Source: a virus (lineage: Duplodnaviria; Caudoviricetes). From it: a stretch of 48,428 nucleotides of DNA. Each line of letters begins with the position of its first letter. Within the stretch, counting starts at the first letter, position 1. Below are positions 36,647-45,910 of this stretch, piece by piece. The translations under genes and the position numbers were made by a program. The notes below the pieces were generated by a model, which had not been told where the DNA came from, made no database searches, and saw only the letters and a program-made list of their open reading frames with translations. The DNA is taken from the IMG/VR virus record IMGVR_UViG_3300012665_000898, positions 1-48,428 of that record. One strand, written 5' to 3'.

Positions 36647-39600
36647 ATGAAATGTATTAATATATCCCATCCTGAGTTTAAAGAACTTTTAAAGGAATCA
36701 GGAATACACCCTGAAATACTCCAAACTAAGGTTAGTTTATGGATGGACGATAATAGTACTACCAAATTTCCTAGTTTAGAAGATTTAAACTTAGCCCCTA
36801 AACAAAATGTTTTATATTCTATAGAAGACCCTATTAAAGCTAAAAAAAGAATTTTAAGAGCAGCTAGAGCAGTAAATGAATTAGTTGACCCACAAGCTTA
36901 CATGACTTTATATAAAGAAGTAGCCGCTTACAACGGTAAAGCGGGCCAAGTAGTTTTTTCTATACATAAAGCTGTATCAGGTAATTATTATATTGTACAA
37001 AAAGATTACAAATATCAATTAGCTAAAAAAGGAAATCAAGAGCCTATTGAAGCATTGGACAATATATTAAAAGATTGGGCAAAAGCTCATGGCATTTCTG
37101 TAGAGACTATTGAAAATTTACGAGAGCGTTTCAAAGATCGTTACGAAGACGGGATTTTAGGAGTTGCAGATTTAGCTCAAGCATTAATAGGCTTAGCAGA
37201 AGATAGAAACGCTGATACTTTAGCAGAAGAAGTAGGGCACTTTGCTGTGGAGATTTTATTAAACACCCCTGCAATGCAAAGAGCTTTGGACCTTGTTGTT
37301 AATACAGACGAATATGCTCAGGTAAAAGAGGACTATAAAAATATTTACACTACCGAAGACCAATTCAAAAAAGAGGCTCTAGGTAAAATATTAGCCCAAC
37401 ACATCGTCTCCAATTATACTGCTGGACAAAATCAATCAGCATTTAAAACATACTTAAATAGTATTAAGTCTGCATTTAAGCGATTTGTAGAAGCTATTTT
37501 TGGAAAGAATACCAATAGTCGAGAAGAGCTAGATAACATCATTTTACCACTTGCTAGAGACATTCTAGCAAATAAATTTATTGGAGAAGTTCCAAGTGTA
37601 GAAGAAGTATTATATTCTATAGCTCCTGAAGAGGAGGAAGAAGCTGCTCCTTCAGTAGATATTGTAGTGCAAAAGAAAAAAGAATTCCTAGAAAACGCTA
37701 TTAATATACTAGTAGAAAGAACTAAAATATTAAAACAAAATGCTAAAAATCAAGGAGTTATCAATGTTTTAGATTCTCAAATATCAGCTTTGAAAAAAGA
37801 AGTTGCTAAAGGAGAATTAGATTTAGCTCTCCATAGTCTAGTAAAATTAGCACAGTCAGAGTTAAATGTTATTGAAAACGCTTTGAATAAAGCAATTGCC
37901 AAAGGTTCTAGCAGCACAAACATGCTGGTAAACTCTAGTGACTTTGTTGATATGTATGACAACATCTTTAAATCCTTTATAAAAACTATGTATTCTTTAG
38001 GTATTCCTATTGATACTGTAGACAATATTCAGGAAATTATGGACGACATGCACTTAGTAATGCAACGAGTTCGAGGTAAGTTAGGAGCACTACAAGAAGT
38101 AGAGAGTATCAAAATTCTTGAAGCAGGTAACTTAGATGCTTACGGAGAAAAAATTGACCCAGAATTTGATGCTACAGAAGTGGCTAAAAAAACTGCTAAA
38201 GATACAACTGCTTGGAGACTTCAAGTAGGTAATTACAAATTTGCAGATTCTGCAATTATTCGTGTAGCACATAAAATTATTTTTGATTCTATCAATAGAG
38301 TAAAAAGATTTGCTATTAGAAAATCCAATGAGCTTTTATCTGCTCAAGATAAAATGCTAGCTTCTGGAGTAACTCAAGAAGATTTAGTAGAAAAAGATGC
38401 TAATGGTAAAAATACTCAATACTTAATCAGAGAGTATTCATGGGGCAAATATTTTGCAGCTATGGATGCCCACAAACAAGCCCTTGCTGAGCGGTTAGGT
38501 TTTAAAGATTACAATGAAATTCATGTAGAATATTTAAGCAAAGAAGAGCTTGCTACATATAATGCAGGATGGAAAGATTTCTTTGCAGCTAACACTAAAA
38601 AAGTTAGTAGAGTAGTTGAAATTCGTCCAGGTGAATACCAAAAAGCTACAAGTAGTGTACCAAATGATTCTTATATCAATCCTGACTATGATAGAATCAT
38701 GGCTAACCCTGCAGCAAAAGCTTATTATGATTTACTAATTGAAACTAAAAGAGAAGCATTAACAAAACTTCCTGTAAAATATCGTACAGAAAGATTGCTT
38801 TACAGCATGCCCGCTATTTTAAAAAGTCATTTAGATGAATTAACTAATAAAGAAAAGTCAGTTTTAAATAGAGTAGGAAGTATTGCAGAAAGAGCATTAC
38901 TTGTTGATGAAGACGATACACAATTTGGACAAGTAAATGTGCTAAACAATAAAATGGTTCCTATTTACTTTACAGGAATTCTTAAAAATCCTAAAGATTT
39001 ATCGACAGATTTAGCAAGAACTTTTACAGTTTTTGCAGAGATGGCAGAGAATTTTCAAGAGATGAATAAGATAGCAGGAGATTTAGGAGTGGTTCAAAAA
39101 ACTCTTGCTGAAAGAAGTTACTTAAAAGGTAAAGTAGAGAAAAAAGGTATTGAGTCTAATGAGTACAAAGTTCTTGAGACTTTATTAGATACTTCAGTTT
39201 TTGGTATAGAAAAAACGCAATTAGCTTCTACTATACCTGATAATGCATTTACAGAAAAATTAGGTATTGCAGGGAAAAAATTCTCTTGGACAAAAGCTTC
39301 TCAAACTTTTGCAACTTTTATACGTGATAACAACTTAGCTTTGAATATTACTACTGCATTGTCAGGTTGGTTAAAAGGTTCAGGAGATTCTATCATTGAG
39401 GACCAAGTAGGCTTATACACTACTAATGAAAGTAAAAATTGGTCAAGAGCAGAATTTATGAGAAATATTTCTGAAGTAGCTTCTCAAATAGGAAAAGCTA
39501 AACAGACTAATAAAATGCATCTTATTTTACAAGAAGCAGGTATTGTTGATTTAGAAAAGATTCTTAAAAATTCTGGTAAAGGAAGAATTGCTCGTACAAT

Positions 39601-40762
39601 GTTGACTAAAGATTCCTTGTATATTCCATTTGCAACAGGGGATTACGGATTAAAAGGACGTGCAACATTAGCCATTTACGATAACATGCGTTTGTACAAT
39701 GGAAAATTCCTTACTAAAGCTAAGTTTTTAGAAGTAACTGCTAAAGAAAAAGGAGTTCCTAATGACAATGCTCATAAAAAAGCTATGCAAGATAGTTGGA
39801 AAGACTTACGTGATAGTAGTTTATACAATGCTTACGAGGTAGTAGACGGAAATCTGCAGATTAAAAAAGAGTTTGAGGCCTATGTAACAGATGGAGTATT
39901 GAATACTGCTAGAGGTAAAGTAGACCACTTGACTCACTATATTGACGGTACAATGTCTCAAACAGATAAAGGAGCACTTGCAAGAAAAATTGCAGGAGAC
40001 TATTTATTGATGCACAGAGGCTGGTTTATTGGATTAATAGATACAAGATTTAAAAAAGAAAACAAAAACTTTATTACAGAAGAAGAGGAGATCGGAACCT
40101 ACCGTGCAACTGCAGACTTCTTATTTAATAGTTTTGGAAAAACTTTGCTTAAAGAAAAAGGTAATATACTTGCAGCCTTTGCAACTTGGGACGATTTATC
40201 TCCTGCAAAAAAACGAGGTGTATTAAAAACAGCTTTAGACGGGCTATTCTTAACAATAGTATCATTCTTAGCAGCTCTTGCTAATGTAGCAGCAGATGAC
40301 GATGATGAAGAAGATTGGACAACCCAATACTTGGCGTATCAGATGAATCGACTACTATTGGAACAGGGTGCAGCATGGTCTCCTGCAGAGGTTGCCCAAA
40401 TGATTGACGAGCCTGTAGTAGGAGCAAGAATGATTAAAGATATACTTGATATAACAGAAGCGTTTAATACGTCAGAAGTATATGAAAAAGGTATGTACGC
40501 TGGAGATTCTCATGCAGAAAAATGGTGGTTTAGAAAATTACCTATAAAAAATATTTACGAAGCTCAGTATCCTGAATTAAAAAATAACTTCATAAAACAA
40601 TTAGTAGATTCTAAAATGTACGAATTAATGTCTGAAGAGCAAATTCAAGGTATAGGATTAGTAGGGAAATTAAGAAATCTTGCTTCAGACGAAGCTAGCG
40701 ACCCAGTGCCAGAAATTATAGAGTACATTCAGGAAGACGACTCTGTAGATTATGATTTATAA
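36647..40762 (+). CDS. Large virion cargo protein (RNAP-associated), degenerate zincin-like motif and C-terminal hydrophobic helix
   Basis: 1371 aa. N-terminal MKCINISHPEFKEL, TLAEEVGHFAV...KEALGK, HRGW...RF...EEEIGTYR, TM-like GLFLTIVSFLAALANVA. Confidence 0.7.
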   Translation: MKCINISHPEFKELLKESGIHPEILQTKVSLWMDDNSTTKFPSLEDLNLAPKQNVLYSIEDPIKAKKRILRAARAVNELVDPQAYMTLYKEVAAYNGKAGQVVFSIHKAVSGNYYIVQKDYKYQLAKKGNQEPIEALDNILKDWAKAHGISVETIENLRERFKDRYEDGILGVADLAQALIGLAEDRNADTLAEEVGHFAVEILLNTPAMQRALDLVVNTDEYAQVKEDYKNIYTTEDQFKKEALGKILAQHIVSNYTAGQNQSAFKTYLNSIKSAFKRFVEAIFGKNTNSREELDNIILPLARDILANKFIGEVPSVEEVLYSIAPEEEEEAAPSVDIVVQKKKEFLENAINILVERTKILKQNAKNQGVINVLDSQISALKKEVAKGELDLALHSLVKLAQSELNVIENALNKAIAKGSSSTNMLVNSSDFVDMYDNIFKSFIKTMYSLGIPIDTVDNIQEIMDDMHLVMQRVRGKLGALQEVESIKILEAGNLDAYGEKIDPEFDATEVAKKTAKDTTAWRLQVGNYKFADSAIIRVAHKIIFDSINRVKRFAIRKSNELLSAQDKMLASGVTQEDLVEKDANGKNTQYLIREYSWGKYFAAMDAHKQALAERLGFKDYNEIHVEYLSKEELATYNAGWKDFFAANTKKVSRVVEIRPGEYQKATSSVPNDSYINPDYDRIMANPAAKAYYDLLIETKREALTKLPVKYRTERLLYSMPAILKSHLDELTNKEKSVLNRVGSIAERALLVDEDDTQFGQVNVLNNKMVPIYFTGILKNPKDLSTDLARTFTVFAEMAENFQEMNKIAGDLGVVQKTLAERSYLKGKVEKKGIESNEYKVLETLLDTSVFGIEKTQLASTIPDNAFTEKLGIAGKKFSWTKASQTFATFIRDNNLALNITTALSGWLKGSGDSIIEDQVGLYTTNESKNWSRAEFMRNISEVASQIGKAKQTNKMHLILQEAGIVDLEKILKNSGKGRIARTMLTKDSLYIPFATGDYGLKGRATLAIYDNMRLYNGKFLTKAKFLEVTAKEKGVPNDNAHKKAMQDSWKDLRDSSLYNAYEVVDGNLQIKKEFEAYVTDGVLNTARGKVDHLTHYIDGTMSQTDKGALARKIAGDYLLMHRGWFIGLIDTRFKKENKNFITEEEEIGTYRATADFLFNSFGKTLLKEKGNILAAFATWDDLSPAKKRGVLKTALDGLFLTIVSFLAALANVAADDDDEEDWTTQYLAYQMNRLLLEQGAAWSPAEVAQMIDEPVVGARMIKDILDITEAFNTSEVYEKGMYAGDSHAEKWWFRKLPIKNIYEAQYPELKNNFIKQLVDSKMYELMSEEQIQGIGLVGKLRNLASDEASDPVPEIIEYIQEDDSVDYDL

Positions 40763-40779
40763 AAACGGCAAATTTTTTT

Positions 40780-40812
40780 AATAGAGTAGGCATTAACCTA
40801 CTCTATTTTTTT
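40780..40812 (+). terminator. Intrinsic terminator closing the + strand operon
   Basis: 11-bp stem AATAGAGTAGG / CCTACTCTATT, loop CATTAA, followed by a T run; sits in the convergent gap. Confidence 0.85.
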
Positions 40813-40823
40813 GTTAAGCAACA

Positions 40824-41456
40824 TTACAATAAATTGTAATACATTAATACTTTTTGTGCTGCAAGCCTTAAATCTTCTACAGTTCCATCATTTACAATAA
40901 TAGCGTCCCATGCTTTAAAATGCTTTAAGGCAGTTTCACTAGGGTGTTTAGGAACATTATTTTCAAAGTCAGGACGGTCTATTTTAATGACTATAGAACG
41001 TCTACTTTTTACAGCCATTAACTCGTTTTCAAAACGTAAATCTGTAATAATCCAATTTGGATATACTGTGCTAGTAGTATTGCCATCCGTATCCCAAGTA
41101 GCAGTCAATCTAGTGTAATCACTCATTAATGCATTTACCCAAACATTTTTATGAAGTTTATTGCGTAAAGCATCAGTGCCCAATCTTTGTAAAAATTCTC
41201 TTACAGTCATTGTTTTGTCCGTGAAATGTAGCAGATTAAATTTACTCCACTCATCTCCTAATTCAGATTTCTTAAAATCTTGGTCTTCAAATCTTTCTAC
41301 AGGAATGTTAGTCAGTAATGATGCTACCTGTTTTACTTTAGCAGCAAACTTTTTAATTTGCCAAGACTCTCCTTTTTGTTCTAATAATAACTCTTGTATT
41401 ATGGATCCTAATAAATCTTTTCCGTGGCCAGATTGGCCATGTATTGCTATAATCAT
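40824..41456 (-). CDS. Deoxynucleoside monophosphate kinase (T4 gp1-like)
   Basis: P-loop IIAIHGQSGHGKD, FAAKVK, REFLQRLGTDALR, WV, IITDLRFENE, HPSE, NDGT. Confidence 0.9.
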   Translation of the reverse strand: MIIAIHGQSGHGKDLLGSIIQELLLEQKGESWQIKKFAAKVKQVASLLTNIPVERFEDQDFKKSELGDEWSKFNLLHFTDKTMTVREFLQRLGTDALRNKLHKNVWVNALMSDYTRLTATWDTDGNTTSTVYPNWIITDLRFENELMAVKSRRSIVIKIDRPDFENNVPKHPSETALKHFKAWDAIIVNDGTVEDLRLAAQKVLMYYNLL

Positions 41457-41460
41457 AATT

Positions 41461-41685
41461 TTAAGTTTGTGGTAAATAAATTTTAATTTTTGCCATTAGC
41501 TCGTCATATTCTTCTTGTGAACATCCTTGTGGTTTAGTAAAAATGACTACAGGATAACTCATGCCTCCTTTACGACACCACAAACTTTTGTTTTTGTAGT
41601 GTTGTGAAGAAACATAGTATTCTACACTTTCTTCAGACTGCCTTACCCTTTTTACTATTTTAGAATTATTCTCTTTCGTAGCCAT
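41461..41685 (-). CDS. Hypothetical protein
   Basis: 74-aa ORF in a tightly packed - strand operon. Confidence 0.6.
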   Translation of the reverse strand: MATKENNSKIVKRVRQSEESVEYYVSSQHYKNKSLWCRKGGMSYPVVIFTKPQGCSQEEYDELMAKIKIYLPQT

Positions 41686-42079
41686 CTTCCTTCAATTTTA
41701 ATAATTCTTCATCAGTCAATTCTTTTATGACGCATCTGCTAAAATCAAATCCTTGTCGAGTTAGATTAGTTATAAATGATAATGCCATACCGTCACCTTT
41801 AGCTATTTGCTCCGCTATTAAATGAATAGCCCACATCATTTTGCTTACCTGCTCTTCATCAGCATTCCACAAAGATTCTTGATTAGTGCTATTATATTTA
41901 TTAAGTGTTTTAATTGCATTGTTAACTGTACTCTGAACTTTAGCTTTAAAAAACTTAGTACCTTCTAATGCATAAGAAGCATTTAACATTACTTCCATTC
42001 CTAATAATAAAGTAACATAGTTTATGGTATCTTCACTAACTAAATCAGAATTCTCTTTTGTTTGTTTTTCCTGCATCAT
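41666..42079 (-). CDS. Hypothetical protein
   Basis: 137-aa ORF overlapping both neighbours. Confidence 0.65.
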   Translation of the reverse strand: MMQEKQTKENSDLVSEDTINYVTLLLGMEVMLNASYALEGTKFFKAKVQSTVNNAIKTLNKYNSTNQESLWNADEEQVSKMMWAIHLIAEQIAKGDGMALSFITNLTRQGFDFSRCVIKELTDEELLKLKEDGYERE

Positions 42080-42296
42080 ACATTTTTTTATAATTTTCAG
42101 CTAATTCTTTTATAGAAAATTGAATATCTTCTACAGATAATTCTCTAAAAGGTTCCATAATATTAATTCCATAATCACCAGGAATATCACCATTACTTAG
42201 ATTATCTAATTCTTCTAAAGAATCTTCTACTGAATACTTATCTTCAATAATAAAGAATTCTGCGGCTAACTTTCTACAGTAATCTTCTAGATGCAT
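42045..42296 (-). CDS. Hypothetical acidic protein
   Basis: 83-aa ORF in the operon. Confidence 0.6.
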   Translation of the reverse strand: MHLEDYCRKLAAEFFIIEDKYSVEDSLEELDNLSNGDIPGDYGINIMEPFRELSVEDIQFSIKELAENYKKMYDAGKTNKREF

Positions 42297-42300
42297 ACTA

Positions 42301-42753
42301 TTAAAAGTTTGGAGCTTTAAAGTTATGGGACTTTAATACTTTATTAGTATCTGCATTATAAGTTATTATTGCTCCGTTAGACATTACTCTAGCGTAAGTA
42401 AGAATACCTTTTGCATTATAAGCTTTTTTTGTTTTTAAAGCATCTTCGTCTGTGTAATCTGCTTTAGACATATTAGAGTCATATATACTAGATATTGTCT
42501 CTAAAGGATTTATTCCGTTTACCATCATAGCTCTAACAACTACCCATAATAAATCTCCTAAACCATCTTTGAATTCTTTGAAATCTCTGAGATCTAAAGC
42601 ATCTAATGTTTCATGAAGTTCTTCTTTAATCAAACTCATAGCCAAAACATTTTCTTTTGCATCTGCAAATTTCCCTTCAGTTCTTATTGGTAGTCCAAAA
42701 GTAGAACTCCAATGAGCTATTAGCTCAACAATGTGGTCATTTTTTTCTGCCAT
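42301..42753 (-). CDS. MazG-like / all-alpha NTP pyrophosphohydrolase
   Basis: LIKEELHET...EFKDGLGDLLWV, SNMSK, KVLKS.NF..P. Confidence 0.88.
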   Translation of the reverse strand: MAEKNDHIVELIAHWSSTFGLPIRTEGKFADAKENVLAMSLIKEELHETLDALDLRDFKEFKDGLGDLLWVVVRAMMVNGINPLETISSIYDSNMSKADYTDEDALKTKKAYNAKGILTYARVMSNGAIITYNADTNKVLKSHNFKAPNF

Positions 42754-43078
42754 CTTCTATTAATTTATTTGTGTAACTATTATAAAAATTTCTTTCTGTG
42801 TGTGTGAGCGTTTCCCAAGAATATCTAGGAGGATTTAATAATTCTTCTTCAGTGTAGTAAGGAATGTTTTTATGTCCCAATGTAATTGTATCTTTCTTGT
42901 AATTAATCATATACTTAGAAAGAATACTATTTACTCGGTTATAAGTAACTCCTAGTACTTTAGCAATCTTTTTTATCGGTACTTGCTGATGAAATTTTTG
43001 TATTATAAATTCCTCAAATTCTATTAGGTTTACTTCGTCACCACGTAATTTGCGAACCTTTGCCATTAATATGTTCAA
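42737..43078 (-). CDS. Helix-turn-helix DNA-binding protein (start probably ATG 43066)
   Basis: QQVPIKKIAKVLGVTYNRVNSIL fits an HTH. Confidence 0.6.
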   Translation of the reverse strand: MNILMAKVRKLRGDEVNLIEFEEFIIQKFHQQVPIKKIAKVLGVTYNRVNSILSKYMINYKKDTITLGHKNIPYYTEEELLNPPRYSWETLTHTERNFYNSYTNKLIEDGRKK

Positions 43079-43724
43079 TTAATTTATTTGCTTGAGTAAA
43101 ATTAGGACATTTCCAACTCGTTGTTCTGTGTGCATACTTATGGGGATGCTCCCAATTAAATACATGCTGTCTATCTAACTCTGGCATTAGCCACATTGAT
43201 TCTTCTCCCCACAAAAATACAATAGTTCCTGGTTTATATTCATTTATTGCTGTTATTACAGCCTTAAAAAATCTTCTCCATTGTACTCTATGAGCAAAAT
43301 CTTGTCTAGTAGCTGTCAGTGCTTGATTCAACATAAGTACTCCTTGCTTTGCCCAACTCTTTAAAGTGTAGTCAAAATTAATATTATACCCATTATAATA
43401 TTCATCCATTATGCTAGTAGTAATAGCATAGAGAGTGGAATTCTTGTGAGAATGCTCAATCTCGTCACTATAGGCTAGTGGCCCTGTTCCATAAATAGGA
43501 TTAGGCTCGTATCCTATTATTACTACTTGCACGGTGTCCCAAGGACAAGCTTTAAATGCATCAAAAATAATTTTAGAATTATTAGGAAAAATTTCATCAG
43601 CCATTGCATATTGACAGTCGACAAAATTCATCAACTTCTCCATGTACGGGCTTTTCAATGTATCCTTTAGAGCATTTGTCCAACCTTCTCCTAAACGGTC
43701 TACCCAGTATTGTTTACTCTTCAT
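43038..43724 (-). CDS. ung: Uracil-DNA glycosylase family-1 homologue with non-canonical active-site motifs
   Basis: W...L, IF.AF..CP...V.VVIIG, L.SWAKQGVLMLN..LT, H...W..F, VFLWG, HP. Catalytic GQDPY is replaced by GYEPN. Confidence 0.8.
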   Translation of the reverse strand: MKSKQYWVDRLGEGWTNALKDTLKSPYMEKLMNFVDCQYAMADEIFPNNSKIIFDAFKACPWDTVQVVIIGYEPNPIYGTGPLAYSDEIEHSHKNSTLYAITTSIMDEYYNGYNINFDYTLKSWAKQGVLMLNQALTATRQDFAHRVQWRRFFKAVITAINEYKPGTIVFLWGEESMWLMPELDRQHVFNWEHPHKYAHRTTSWKCPNFTQANKLIEHINGKGSQITW

Positions 43725-43737
43725 AATTTTAAATAAT

Positions 43738-43763
43738 TAGGGGACTACCTAAATAGCCCCCTA
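43738..43763 (-). terminator. Stem-loop (terminator/attenuator or processing site) just upstream of ung
   Basis: On the - strand: TAGGGGGCTA-TTTAGG-TAGTCCCCTA (one G-U pair) followed by ATTATTT. Confidence 0.55.
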
Positions 43764-43791
43764 TAAAACAATTATTGTTTAGTATTGTGAA

Positions 43792-43814
43792 AGAGGGGCT
43801 AAAATTGCCCCTCT
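43792..43814 (-). terminator. Stem-loop overlapping the stop codon of the upstream gene
   Basis: Perfect 8-bp stem AGAGGGGC / GCCCCTCT with a 7-nt loop and only a short T run. Confidence 0.5.
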
Positions 43815-44395
43815 AATGGTGAAAGTGTACTCCTTGTACTAGACAAAGATTTCAATTCATATTTACACAATACTTCATTCTCCAAATTTATTATTGGCCA
43901 GACTTCCTGGTCTCCTAAACTACAGCCAAGCTTTTCTTCCCAGCTGATTCTTAAAGATTCCGCTTTGTGTAGTATCAATGGTAATGTCATTGGCTTACCA
44001 CTATAAAAGTTGTTTGCCAAGATTAATCGTTTACCTTCTACACTTACTTTAGAATATTGACCGTCAATAATACATTGATAATCAGCTACAAATTCTTCAG
44101 GCACTTTGTAAACAAGCACTAAACAATTTGCAACTTCATAATCATCAATGTAATTTGGATAACTAATCATCGTATTATAAAATGCATCAAAATCAACGTC
44201 TCTGTAATTTTTCACAACAATAGACACATAGTCTTTATTGTTATAATTTGGGACATCAGGATTACTTAAATATGCATTGATAAATCTCAATGTATGCTTT
44301 GTGTAACCGCCTAATGTTTTAATATTACAGTAGAATAAATTCTTCTGTATTCCCAACAATGGAAAAATAAAAGTTGCTGTTTTTGTGAATTTCAT
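43799..44395 (-). CDS. Conserved crAss-like hypothetical protein
   Basis: Start moved to ATG 44395 (MKFTKTATFIFPLL), 2 nt after the nuclease stop. Motifs FINAY, Y...Y, G.YSKVS. Confidence 0.65.
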   Translation of the reverse strand: MKFTKTATFIFPLLGIQKNLFYCNIKTLGGYTKHTLRFINAYLSNPDVPNYNNKDYVSIVVKNYRDVDFDAFYNTMISYPNYIDDYEVANCLVLVYKVPEEFVADYQCIIDGQYSKVSVEGKRLILANNFYSGKPMTLPLILHKAESLRISWEEKLGCSLGDQEVWPIINLENEVLCKYELKSLSSTRSTLSPLEGQF

Positions 44396-44397
44396 AT

Positions 44398-45420
44398 TTA
44401 CGGTGTTATTAATAAATAGCCTTCGTTTAAATAATATTCTGCAGGATAATCCCAAAGATTATTTTCTTCATGATACTTATAACGCTGCATAGCTTGAGTA
44501 AATCCTTCCAATTCCTTACCTTCTGAAGTAACTCCTCCTACCAAGCCAATAGACTCAACTTCTGGAGATACTACAAATACCATAGGATTATTTTTAAGGT
44601 CTTTCTCTACTACTACAAATACAAAAGGAGTAATTGTATAGCCTTCTTCTAACAAAGTTTTTATTCGTTCATCATTAAATAATCCTTGACGATACACAGC
44701 TGCTTGGAAATCGTAGCGATACTTAAAGAAATCATATTTAAAAGTGTAAACTGATTTACCAGTAGATTTAAAATCTAAAGGAGTAACAGTTTTTTGCTTA
44801 TGATTAATGATTACTCTATCTAACTCACCTTTAATATTTACTCCTTCATACTCAAACTGAATAACAAATCTATTTAAAAATTCAATTTCTTTTCCAGCTT
44901 TTACATAAGGATTAGTAAATTTATCAGCAATTAAAGCCATTTTACAACTAACAGCTTTTGCGTAATCTGTTTCTGTAACAGGAGTTTTACCTGCAATCTT
45001 ACTCAACAACTTGAAATAATCTTCACCTTGTTTAATAACAGTAGCAATTAATGTGTCATCTTTATACTTATCTTGATAACCTTGTTCTCTGGCAACAGAT
45101 AAAATAGTATCAGAATAATTAGAAAGAGGTAACTTTTCTTCAACTGTCACGGAATTGTAGACAGTTGAAATAATAGATTTTATAGTATCAGAGCATTTTG
45201 TATCGTCAGGAATTTTAACATACTGTCTATCAAATTCTTCTTTGTTTCCCACTAACATTACATCTAGTACTCCACCAAAAACAAAATGATCTTCCTTATC
45301 GTCATCAGGCTCTGCTTGGCTTTTTACTGCTTGCAAATAGCTTTGAGGACTTACCAATATTTTCTTTAATGAGCTTTGGTTTACTCCAGGTAGTTGTCTA
45401 TACTCGACTTCTTCTGCCAT
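44398..45420 (-). CDS. PD-(D/E)xK exonuclease (RecE/ExoVIII/DUF3799-like)
   Basis: NQSSLK, FG...D, KGELDRV...DFKST, Y.YDFQAAVY, F.FVVVEK. Confidence 0.85.
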   Translation of the reverse strand: MAEEVEYRQLPGVNQSSLKKILVSPQSYLQAVKSQAEPDDDKEDHFVFGGVLDVMLVGNKEEFDRQYVKIPDDTKCSDTIKSIISTVYNSVTVEEKLPLSNYSDTILSVAREQGYQDKYKDDTLIATVIKQGEDYFKLLSKIAGKTPVTETDYAKAVSCKMALIADKFTNPYVKAGKEIEFLNRFVIQFEYEGVNIKGELDRVIINHKQKTVTPLDFKSTGKSVYTFKYDFFKYRYDFQAAVYRQGLFNDERIKTLLEEGYTITPFVFVVVEKDLKNNPMVFVVSPEVESIGLVGGVTSEGKELEGFTQAMQRYKYHEENNLWDYPAEYYLNEGYLLITP

Positions 45421-45910
45421 TTTTTATTGTTTTAATATGATACACTAATTTTCTATCAGCAAATTGTGTAACAGGAACAAATTCATAAGTAGTTCTTTGT
45501 AAATGATCAATAGTATCATCAGGAAGTATTCCTTTCTTAATTAATACATCGTCCAAACACTTCAACCAAATTAATGATAAATTTCCAATGTCCCAATTTG
45601 CTTTATAATCTTTAATAGCAGGTTTCCAGCTAACTTTACGTTTACCAGTTTCCTTGTCTACTATCATTTTCATTGTTCCAAAGTTCACAGGAGCAAATAC
45701 CGTTAATCTTGTTTCCACAGGTCCTTGAATAGTCAAGTTTGGCGGAATATGTTTCTCAATATATCCGTGCATAGCTGCCACGAGGGCAGCTCTTGTTGTA
45801 TAATGCACAGATGCATGGATTTTATTGTAACCAATTTTAACCCATGTTTTTTTGTTAACAGGTATATGCGTAATGAATTCTGGAAATTCTAATTTAAGTT
45901 CACTCACCAT
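45398..45910 (-). CDS. RusA-like Holliday junction resolvase (probable)
   Basis: WDIGNL....K..DD.L...G..PDD matches the RusA D.DN..K...D.L..G...DD pattern. Start probably ATG 45910. Confidence 0.65.
   Translation of the reverse strand: MVSELKLEFPEFITHIPVNKKTWVKIGYNKIHASVHYTTRAALVAAMHGYIEKHIPPNLTIQGPVETRLTVFAPVNFGTMKMIVDKETGKRKVSWKPAIKDYKANWDIGNLSLIWLKCLDDVLIKKGILPDDTIDHLQRTTYEFVPVTQFADRKLVYHIKTIKNGRRSRV

Noticed and set aside
755-38025. Many 60-155 aa antisense ORFs inside + strand genes (e.g. 27736-28203, 29047-29451, 25483-25800)
   Set aside because: All lie opposite long, motif-bearing genes, have shadow-ORF composition (S/F/L-rich), and show no recognisable motifs.
40771-40812. Bidirectional terminator
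   Set aside because: On the - strand the hairpin is followed by an A run rather than a U run, so only + strand termination is supported.
41161-41475. + strand ORF
   Set aside because: Antisense shadow of the dNMP kinase, downstream of the + strand terminator.
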